Of a stretch of 64,000 nucleotides of DNA, positions 36,881 through 49,558 are shown piece by piece. Location of the stretch: assembly GCF_009914755.1 (NCBI RefSeq), contig NC_060927.1; one strand, written 5' to 3'. Position 1 is the stretch's first letter; each line of letters opens with the position of its first letter. The position numbers and the translations under genes are program-made. The notes beneath the pieces were generated by a model. The model worked only from the letters and a program-made list of their open reading frames with translations. It ran no database searches and was not told the origin of the DNA. This DNA is from the human T2T-CHM13v2.0 reference genome, Homo sapiens.

Positions 36881-38760
36881 TTTCTTTTAAATCAACAGGG
36901 AGAAACCAGTTGATAGAGGGAGAAAGTGAATATACTAAAAAGAGGAGAAAATGATTAGTTACCCACAACATGATGGTGGTGGAGCCAAAGCGTAGTGGAG
37001 GATGAACCCCAGCAGGCGGGAGTCAGAGGGAAGAAGGTGCGAGTGGTGTAGCTGGAGGCAGTCAGTATTAGAAGGATGAGAGGGCTTCTATTTTCTCTGC
37101 AAAGTGGCATGCAAGGCCAAGTCAGAAGGAGGCTGAGGGGGAAAGAGGTTTTAGTAGAGAAGGTTTGAACAAAGAGATTTATAATTGTCATTGAGGTGAG
37201 TGGGACCGTCAGTAAACCTGATGAATGGAGTAGGATTTCCAGGCCATGCTGGGCTACTTTGAGGTTGAAGAGAATGAATTTAGAGAGAAACCAATCTCTG
37301 TTTGATACATGGATGGTAGGATCTGGAGGTGAGCAGGCAGCAGCAAAGAGGAGAGGGGAGAGGGGAGGAGCCCTCCCTGAGCACTCTCTTGGACTGCGGA
37401 GGCTACCTACTCTCTGAGCACTTCTTCGTGATGATTCAGTCTTCCTCACTGTGAAGAACGAAACCCCAGTCCTGCAAAGATTTGAAACTGTATTTAAGGC
37501 CAAAGTAAGGTTGCCTGGGAATTAAGAGTACTGGAGTCAGGCAGGCTTTGATCAGATCCCTCCCCCAACACTTCCTGTGTGAGTGACTTCAGCAAGTTGC
37601 TTTACTTTACCTTTCTGAGCCTCATTTCCCTTACTTGTAACACAGAAATATGAATAGTTACTATCCAGGGTTTTTTTTTAGGATCAAAGGAGTTACTATG
37701 TGTGGAGCATGTCACCCAGAGGCTGGTATGCAGCAAGTGCTTTGTAAATAGTAGCGATGGGCACTACTGAAACCTGAATGTCTGCCTCTGCCTGTTTGCG
37801 AATGACTCCACCTTCCCAAATCCCAACAGGGAAGGTGAGTCAGCTTGAGACCACTTGAGAGGCATCTAGCAGAAGGGAGGCAAAACTTCTGTTAAAGGAT
37901 AATTTTTAGGGAAAAAAAGGTAAGATGATGACTCTCATACAGATATTAAAAATGAATTCATCATGAAGATTTTATTTTACTCGTATGATGGAACCAGGCA
38001 GATATTACAACTGGTTCAAAGGAAAAGTCAAAGCAACACAAATTTGGAGTAAAGGAGTTGAACTAGTTTTTCTGTGAGATAAGGCAGGGGGAGGGGAGAA
38101 ATCAATTGAAACTCTCCTGGGCAGCATCCTGCCCAGTAGGCACATGTATTAGTTGCCTACAATTCACAAAGGGTTGCGAAATAGCTCCCGTGGAATCAGA
38201 ATCTGACAGGGAGGAAGAGTGTGCTCAGAAAATGCATGGCTTTCTACTGAAGCAGATTTTTTTCCCATTACACTTCTAGATCTCTGTGCACCATTGTGCC
38301 AGGGCTGCGAGGAAGGTGGCCCACTTCCCGGGATACACTACCCACCCTCAAGAGAGCCTTTCCTGCTGCTTCTTAGGCAAGTCAGCTCTCTTTTCTCACC
38401 TCCTGTAAGCAACACTAAGTATCTGGCTGTTCCTTTCGTACTCGAGTCCTGGCCGCTCCATGACAGCACTTGTGGTGGTACTGAACTGTGATGGACACTT
38501 TCTATCATTGCCCTTTCTTACCTTGATATCCTAAAAAGCTGGTGGTCTGTCTTCTCTATCTTTTGTCCTGGTCAGTTATCCTAACTATTTTGTGTCTGTT
38601 TCTGTGGATTAGTAAACGGGGTCCCCACCCCCACTCCACAAGGAGAACATCTGGCACCCAGAAGTCACTGAGAGAATAGCTGTTGCTTTGGTAGAATTCT
38701 GCCTCTGAGTGGCTTGTTCTTTTCCCAGACGGAGAGGTCTCCTGACAGCAGCTCTCTTCT

Positions 38761-39057
38761 TTTTCTTTTTTTTTTTTTTGAGACAGAGTTTTGCTCTTGC
38801 GCTCAGGCTGGAGTGCAGTGGTGCACTCTCGGCTCCCTGCTCTGCCTCCTGGGTTCAAGTGATTCCCCTGCCTCGGTCTCCCAAGTAGCTGAGATTACAG
38901 GCATGCACCACCATGCCCAGCTAATTTTTTGTATTTTTAGTAGAGACAGGGTTTTGCCATGTTTGCCAGGCTAGTCTCAAACTCCTGACCTCAGGTGATC
39001 CATCTGCCTCAGCCTCCCAAAGTGCTGGGATTACAGGCATGAGCCACTGCGCCTGGC
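38761..39057 (-). mobile_element. AluS
   Basis: TSD AGCAGCTCTCTTCT at 38747-38760 and 39061-39074. Confidence 0.94.
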
Positions 39058-39989
39058 TTTAGCAGCTCTCTTCTAAAGCCATCTGGACCCACATTTGTTC
39101 AGCTCCCCTCCCTTGGCCATGATGAAGGCATGCAAAACAAAAAAGGCACTTTTCTTATTGAGAAGGTGGCTTTTTATAGAGAATGGTGTCATACTGTTAG
39201 GTTTCAGGCCAGCAGACCTAGTCAGGCATGTGACACTTCTGTGCCAGGTGTGGCTATGAGAGTCAACAGGAAAAATGATATATGTAAATGGACAGGTCTT
39301 TAAATAAATGCAGTTTTGACTATAAGAGTAAGAAGGTTTCTGTGAGACTCAACTCAGTACCTCCTGTACCCTGTGGGCCTGAGAGAGGAGACAATGGGAC
39401 AAGAAGACCCAGTGGCTTCCTTGGAAGCTTTTGTGCTAGCTGGAGAGAGAAGACCTACTTCCTATATGCCTAGCAACAGTCCACACTGACTGGACTGCAA
39501 CCAGGACATTTCCAGATTACTCAGTGGGGCTTATCTTGAAATAATAGTTGATGCCATTTGTTAAATATATTATATATACCATCTAAGGGTCTTACATGCC
39601 TTCTCTCATTTGATCTTCATGGCAAACCCTGTGAGGTATGACCACCAACCACCATTTTACCTCAGAACTCAGGCTCCCAGAGTTTAAGTTGCTCACAGGA
39701 GCCCAGAAAGTAAGCGACAGAGGTGGGATTTGGTTCTAGGTGTTTGCCACCAGCACTTTAAATCACCAAAGCTTTCTGGAAGCTCCAACTTTTCTTCTCA
39801 AGATACTGAAAGACAGGTATCTGGATGGGTTGGCAGGGCGGGTGGGAGGTGGGCGAGATTTCCATCAACAACGGGTCTAAAACCAGCGATGGTGAGCTGG
39901 GTGATTTTGATGGAACCCCTGCCATACAGTCTATTAATATCATAATTGGAGCTAAAATTTAATCATGATGGCAATCATGAGTTCTGGGG

Positions 39990-40285
39990 CTTCTTGATTT
40001 GGGCCAGCAGACACAGTCTCAGTCACTAGTTCTCCGAATCAGAGAAAGGATGCCTTCAGGCTGTGTCTTCACATGGCTTTTCCTCTGTGCGTGGTGGAAA
40101 GAGAGAGCTCTGCGGGTCTCTTCTTGTTGTAAGGACACTGGCCCCATTGGATTAGGGCCCCACCACATGACACATTTAATCCTAATTACCTCCCTCACAG
40201 CCCTATTTCCAAACAGGGTATTAGTCACATTAGGGATTAGGGCTTCAACATAGGAATTCTGGGGGCACACAATTCAGTCTATAAC
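39990..40285 (-). mobile_element. MLT1 (MaLR) LTR fragment
   Basis: ttggattagggcccc...taattacctcc...gcttcaacataggaatt...cacaattcagtctataaca. Confidence 0.75.
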
Positions 40286-40347
40286 AGAGGGAAAACAGAT
40301 TTGAGAAGAAAAAAGTCCAAAATATGCACAGTGGTAATATCTGAAGA

Positions 40348-40386
40348 TGTGCGTGCGTGCGTGTGTGTGTGTGTGTGTGTGTGTGT
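40348..40386. repeat. (TGCG)n(TG)n microsatellite
   Basis: Read directly; alternating purine-pyrimidine. Confidence 0.95.
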
Positions 40387-40809
40387 TTCTATTCTTGCAT
40401 TTTCTAACTGTCCCCAGTGAGTATTTGTTACTTTCTAACTGAGAAGGTTACTTTAAACAGTGTCTTGAGCAGCAGCACTCCATGCCCTGGTGTAGCCTTT
40501 TCCTGGCAGATGTTCCCCAGGGCTCTGCTGCTCTGCCAATGACTTATTCTCAGCATGAACTCCTCCCCTGCCCCCTAAGAGGATCTCCAAACCCAGGTCA
40601 CACTACCCCTGCAGGTAAGTACAGGCGTTTGAGAACAGCTTTATTCTTCCAGGAACAGCTGGTCCCCTCAGCAGGGCCTTACAAGGTGGTTATGTCTAAA
40701 TAAGGCACCTGAGGCCAGGAGATGTGACATGGTCCATCTAATACCATGGAGTGAGTTAGACACAGAGCAGGACTGGAACCCATGCTTCCAATTCCCCATC
40801 CAGTTTTAA

Positions 40810-41140
<331 letters not shown>

Positions 41141-41815
41141 AAGGCAACCTTTTTTTTTTTTTTTTTTTTTGGTAGAAAATCTTTGAACTTCATATAGATG
41201 GTGTTAATGTGGGTGAGTTCAGAGCCATGTGTAAAGTTCCAGGAGGGGAGTGCTTGCTGGCTTCTCCCTTATCCCTCAACCAGATCCCAGCCCCAGCCAC
41301 TTTCTGTTTCTCTTCTCTGGATAAAACTATCATTCATCTTCACCTGTTTCTATTTTCATGGATTACTGTCTCATTCATCTCAAGTAGCTCAAGTGAATGG
41401 CTGTTTTTCCATTGGATACAGGAAGACTGAGGGTGACCTGACCCTCATGGTGTGCTTGCTTATTTGAATGTCTGATGGTTTTATGGGTGTAGTCCTGCTG
41501 GAGCAGAAAGAATATCTGTTAGGAGCCTGCCTCTGGGCTCTGGTTCTAACTGTGCCACAAACTCATCGTAGCCTTAGACAATTCTCTTGTCTCTCTGGGC
41601 CTCAGTTTACCCATCTGGAAAATGATGGGTCTGAATTTAATACCTTGAGTATCATCCAGCTGTGACATACTACAACTCAGGCAAGAAGCAAATTCTCCTG
41701 ACACTCCATACTCCTATCCAGTGTTCTCTGACGTCCTTCCCCAAGAGCTGTGGTACCCTACCCTGCCCACATTATGTGAGGCATTATAGCACATAGGTTA
41801 GAAGTGTGGTCTCTG

Positions 41816-42161
<346 letters not shown>

Positions 42162-42641
42162 TTACTTACTGACTGTGTAATTTGGACAAGTTACTTAGCA
42201 TTTAGCATCTCTATTTCTTTAATCATAAAATGAACATATTAACACTTACTTCCTAGGGCTGTTGTGAAGATAAACTGAGTTGAGGTATGACAGTACCTAG
42301 CATGTAGTAAGCATCATTAAATGGTGTCTGTTGTTTTCACATATTGTAAAGAAGAAAGCTTCGTGCATCTCTTGGAATTTCTGAGGACGGTGAAGCCACA
42401 GCTGGGAAAGTCTCAGGGAGCCAGGAGTTGCTGGCCTCCTGCTTTGCATACTCAAAATTGCTGGAAAGGGGCTATAGCAGGGGGAGACATTTTTTAAAAA
42501 TCCCAGTTATTGCTATTCCTCATGAGTATGTATATATCACCTGGCATCAGTACTCTGCATAGAAAGAAGCATAGCTAAAGAAAAGACACTTTGCTTTTAA
42601 TATAACAGCTGTTTTCAGGGGAATAGGGTGGATGAGGATAG

Positions 42642-43145
<504 letters not shown>

Positions 43146-43574
43146 TGAACTTCAAATTTCCACCCCACCTTACTCCCACAGGCATATACCAGTTGTTCCT
43201 TTTTCTCTGTTCTTATGCAGGAAATGGCCTGAGGTCCAGGAGTCCCCTTGGTCCCCTTTTTCCCTCACTCTCAACATTCAATTAGTCTTCACATCTACAG
43301 CCGACAATTGTAACTTCTTTTCTTTACTCCATTATTTCTTAGGTGACAACAGGAGCTTCTTTGTGGTCTTCTTTTTTCTAAAAACACTAATTCAGAACTC
43401 TAGCATGTTTAGATCTTCCTTACTTAAAACCCTTTCCTGGTCCCCATAACCTACTGAAGAAATCCTAAGCTCCCTGGCTTGGCCTCTGTCTACATTTCTC
43501 TGATCTCTTCCAGCTCTTTCTCTGTATCCTAGCCATACTGAACTACTTGCAATTCCCAAACAGGGTACACACTG

Positions 43575-44478
<904 letters not shown>

Positions 44479-45222
44479 AACACTCGCTCACTTTATGGCC
44501 ATCCTCATACTACCTCTGTTGTTGCACCATCACAGCGTGTTAACCATTGTTCAATTGTCCACCTTTCCCACTACCCTGTGACCTCCTGGAGGGCAGGGAC
44601 TGTGTCTTTCCTTTGGCTCCTTAGCACCCAGTATAGCTGCACAATCTCCAGCCAAGGTAGACCGACCACCAATATTTCTTGTCTCAAAGATATATTGAGG
44701 AAATGAGAGTATATTCTTCAGGCTTCCAGGAACTTCCTTACATCTGTAGGAAGGTATGGGCATGGGGATAGCTCAGTGATTGTAGAGGCTCGTGGCAGAT
44801 TGCTTGCTATTCTTTGGGTTGCACACAGGCCGTCTCTCTTGCCATAGTTTTTTCCAGATACTGCAGTGACATTGATTAGGTCTCAGCCTTGGCGATGTAG
44901 ACTGAGGTGGAGAGGGATTATTGTCATGATTCTTGCTTTCGTTTCAGTCAGTTCTTGATTTGATTTCTGCCATTTATTCCTCTCAATTTTTACCTGGGCA
45001 ACATCATCTCCCGCCTGCTTTTTAAGGTGAATGTTGACAGCTGATTTCATATATTAATTCTGGCTTTCTTAAGAGGGACATGGCTCCCTTCATTCTTAAG
45101 CCTTTGGGGCTACTTTTCTTTCTCATTCACTCATGATCTCCATTTGATCCGCAAGACAGCTCATATTTGAGAGAGCAGAGCAAATGTGTTATTCCCATTT
45201 CACCGATCAGAAAATGAGGGCC

Positions 45223-45591
<369 letters not shown>

Positions 45592-46102
45592 TCAAGATCA
45601 TAGGAAAGTTAGTGGCAAAGCCAAGAGTTGATCCTGGATCCTTTTGTATCCAAGACCAGTATCTTTTGCAAATACTTTTCTTTATTTTGATAAATAATTA
45701 ACATTTACATGCATTATTTTCCCCCAGAATTTGAATTTTTTCTTAGGATAGATTCCTAAACATGGAAGTATTGAGTCAAAGAGTATAAATGTGCTTTAAA
45801 AAAAATGCTCTTAATACATTTTGCAGAATTCTTCAAGCAAGGTTGTCACACTCATGTTTAAGGCAGGTATAACTACCCATGTGCAGGCCAGCCCAGGAGC
45901 CAGTGTGGTGGGGAGAGGCCATAACCAGCCATTGCTGGTTCCCTCAGCCAGCAGAGGCACACATGAGCTTCTCACCAGCCCGGTGAGGGTCTCCTGTTGG
46001 GAGGTGTGCATTTTTGCATGCACTCTGGCCTCTGCACACAAACTGAATATTTCATCTGGTGCTCAACCACAAGCACAGCCATCTGTTCCGTGTTGGAACA
46101 GA

Positions 46103-46150
46103 TGTGTTGGACTGTGTTGGCTGTGTTGGACTGTGTTGGCTGTGTTGGAC
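46103..46150. repeat. Short tandem repeat, 5 x TGTGTTGG with alternating AC/C spacers (19-bp unit x 2.5)
   Basis: Read directly from the sequence. Confidence 0.9.
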
Positions 46151-46603
46151 TTCGTGAGAGAGCCTATGTCAGTCTCCATCAGGATGTGTATGTAGTGTAC
46201 TGGACTCTCTAGGTGATTGAAAGGATTCCAGAGATAATTTTGATTATATGAGTCCCTGACTTCAGACTCCACTCTTGTGACCACCACACAAGCTGTGACT
46301 CCAGGAGGCTGGGATGCCGTGCTATTTTCACTGTACCCTTGCCCCCGTAATCTCAAAGCCTGACTGGATGGAACCCTTTCTATTCTATGGCTAGTGGCTT
46401 GTGATAAATGTCCTTTCAGGTCAACACAGTGCAGGCTGGTATCTTTACCTTTCTTTCACCGAAGTTAAGTGCTGCACCAGAACTTAGAAGCCTCATGGGG
46501 CTCTGGGGCCTCAGGCTGTACCTTGTGCTATGTCAGCTATTACTTCATGTCAAACATTTGCATATGAATGTTCAAGCGACAGCTTATCTCTTTCTTCCTG
46601 CAG

Positions 46604-46702
46604 TTGGTTACCACAGAGAAGCGCTTCCTCAAAGACAGTTTGTACAATGAAGGAATCCTAATTGTATGGGACCCATCTGTATACCACTCAGATATCCCAA
46701 AG
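46604..46702 (+). CDS. ST6GAL1: ST6GAL1 coding exon 3
   Basis: tttcttcctgcAG acceptor; [33 protein letters not shown]; AAG|GTAAGT donor; 99 nt, phase 0-0. Confidence 0.99.
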
Positions 46703-47913
46703 GTAAGTGGGTGTCCGTGGGAAATAGGGGTTGAGTTTCCTGTCTGTCTACAGATTTTCCTGATTTCCTAGGTTTTTAAAGTCATGGCTGACATTGGCTA
46801 TTCCTAAAGGCTGGGTATTTGAGTTTTAGGGTACCCCATTTCATCTGGACTAGCAGATTCAGAAGTATTCCTGTCCTATACCAGCTACTCTCTTTGCCGT
46901 GCCAGCACTGCCAGGTATTGTCTCCCAGTTATAGTATTTACTGGGATAGTGGCTGGAGTTCCCAGCATCTGGGGTAGATTGTTCATTAATGCAATTATTC
47001 GTGATGAGCATCAGCAGAACTCGAGAGTAGTTGCCGTTACTCCTGTAAATAATATTAGCACACTTTTATTTCACACTTCCAATATCCAGAATTCTTCCCA
47101 TTTCACTCTCATAACAATTTAAGGAGATAGATGGAAGTGTGGTTGTTCCCATTTTACAGATGGGGAAATTGAAATGTGGAGAATGAAAGTCCCCCATTCC
47201 AGGACTTGATTTACTAAGCAGAAGGCGCAGATCTGCAACAGCAGCTCTTTCCGGGGAAGGAGACATGAGTGGCAGGCCTGCTGGATTCTAACCTCTCTGG
47301 AATAGTCCTCTCACTGTTAATGCATGTCAGTTGACCTCTCCCTGATGCAGGCTGCTGTGGCCTCAGGAGCATGGCCTGAGAAGGGCAGAGAGCACTAATC
47401 TTGGGACACTTAACTCTTAAGTTGGATCTACCAATGCCTGACAGGCTCTGGCGACCCCTGGCACCCTCACTATCTGACTTTCAACAGTTTTGCACTGATC
47501 TCACTTAGAACTCAAATTTGCCTAGGTCAGGACAAGGACTCTGAACCCATAGATGTCCTATGCTCTAGTTTTCTCCCCTTTAAAAATGAGAGATGGGGCC
47601 AGATGGTACGTGGGGCTCTTTTCAGCTCTGAGAGTGTTCCCGGACTCTGATCCTGAAGCCTGAAGCTGATCTTGGGTCGCCAAGCTCAACTCTCCCCCAA
47701 AGCACAGGCTATAGGCTAGGCCCCACCCTGCTATCCAGTGAAACCTGCGGCTGGAAGAGAAACCTGTAGTCTGCTGCAAGAAAAGGGCTGTGCCTCAGGA
47801 GCAACACTTGTTGATCCTTTCCCCTCCCCATGTCCACTGATGAAGATGACTCCTGGGGGGAGCAGCTCACTGGCCCATTTCTCCCTTGAGAGGACCACTT
47901 CTTTCTTTTTCAG

Positions 47914-48088
47914 TGGTACCAGAATCCGGATTATAATTTCTTTAACAACTACAAGACTTATCGTAAGCTGCACCCCAATCAGCCCTTTTACATCCTCAAG
48001 CCCCAGATGCCTTGGGAGCTATGGGACATTCTTCAAGAAATCTCCCCAGAAGAGATTCAGCCAAACCCCCCATCCTCTGGGATGCTTG
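47914..48088 (+). CDS. ST6GAL1: ST6GAL1 coding exon 4 (start of sialylmotif S)
   Basis: ctttctttttcAG acceptor; [58 protein letters not shown]; TTG|GTGAGT donor; 175 nt. Confidence 0.99.
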
Positions 48089-48529
48089 GTGAGTTCATGT
48101 CGGGGAAAAGACCTTGCATGTTTGTTTCTAGAAGAGATGAGCTTTTTTTCTGGGGTCTCATTCAGTCATTCGTTTGTTCATTTGTTCACTAAACAATTGC
48201 TAGGATTCTGCTCTGCTTGTAGACCATGCCAAGTTCTATCTAAAATACAGAGGGAAATCAGATAGAATCCTTTTTCCTGAGGGCATCTATTGGGGAGGTC
48301 AATCAGATGTCTGAGGCAATATTCAATTTGTGCCAGAAGGGAGAGACAACCTGGTGTCATAGGAGAGAGGACACCTTCTAGCTGGACAGTTGCTTATAGC
48401 CTCATGGAGGAAGTAGTGTTCGGTAGGCTTTGGAGAGGGGAGAATTTGGCAGAGGAAGATGGAGGGAAGGGAAGCTATGAACAGGGGAGGGAGGTGGGAA
48501 AATGAGGAGCGGGGCTGCACCTCAGACGA

Positions 48530-48710
48530 GGGGAGCAAGGCACTTTTCTCAGGTGTACAATTTAAGGGCGTACCCCTTAAAAACTCAGTCATCAAGATAA
48601 ATAATATTTCACTACAGTATCTTCAGAAAACACAATTAATGTAAAAATTATGATGAGTGAAATATCAAGTATTTAAATAAAGATAGGATCAGTAACAGTG
48701 CTGTGCAGAG
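48530..48710. mobile_element. hAT-like MER relic in the last intron
   Basis: aatttaaggg...aaaaactcagtcatcaagataaataatattt...taaataaagataggatc motif; subfamily uncertain. Confidence 0.45.
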
Positions 48711-49316
48711 TTTATTGGAACAATGCTGGCCAGGGGCCCCCTTCTTGGATTTTCTCTACATCTCATCATTCAGACTGTGGAGTGCTCCTGTTCCAGCTGT
48801 CCCTTTGCCCAGCTAAGGGAAGAAAAGTCTTCCCTCCCCAACACTGTTTCATGCAAATGCTATAAGGAAAAATCTGCTCCCAAATAGCACCATCCAAGAG
48901 GTTCTGCAGGATGTCACAGTGCTAGAAAGTGCTAACTACACATGATGCCACTGTCTCCTCAATCAGCTCAGTAATCTTGTCCTCTTTCTCCAAATAAATT
49001 ATTCCATGGATACATTCATTGGCTGATTGATGGAGTCATTTAATCTACTAGCATTTAGGGAGGATCTATTATTCACCAGGCCCTGGCCTAGGTGCTGGGG
49101 ATTCAAAGGTGTATAACCCTCACACAGCCCTGCATCCTAAGGAACACTGCTGGGCTTGGCTTGCTGAAACTTAGATTGGGAATCACAGTCATAAATAGAA
49201 ACTCCAGAGGGAAAGCTCTCCAAATTTGGGGTCATGAGCTGCTGAACCCACTGGGCAGAGCTCTGGGGTGCTGGGGTGGGTTGTCAGGCATGACTCACCT
49301 CTGCTCCCCTCTCCAG

Positions 49317-49558
49317 GTATCATCATCATGATGACGCTGTGTGACCAGGTGGATATTTATGAGTTCCTCCCATCCAAGCGCAAGACTGACGTGTGCTACT
49401 ACTACCAGAAGTTCTTCGATAGTGCCTGCACGATGGGTGCCTACCACCCGCTGCTCTATGAGAAGAATTTGGTGAAGCATCTCAACCAGGGCACAGATGA
49501 GGACATCTACCTGCTTGGAAAAGCCACACTGCCTGGCTTCCGGACCATTCACTGCTAA
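49317..49558 (+). CDS. ST6GAL1: ST6GAL1 last coding exon (sialylmotifs S, III, VS; stop)
   Basis: cccctctccAG acceptor; [17 protein letters not shown]...YYYQ...AYHPLLYEK...GFRTIHC-TAA. Exon sum 607+98+99+175+242=1221 nt (406 aa). Confidence 0.99.

Noticed and set aside
46089-46150. CRISPR-like array
   Set aside because: The units are 8-10 bp with no unique spacers and no cas genes; it is a simple minisatellite in a human intron.
47738-48265. 175-aa overlapping ORF across coding exon 4
   Set aside because: It is an alternative frame spanning intron-exon boundaries with a non-ATG start and no recognisable domain; the length only coincidentally equals the short ST6GAL1 isoform.
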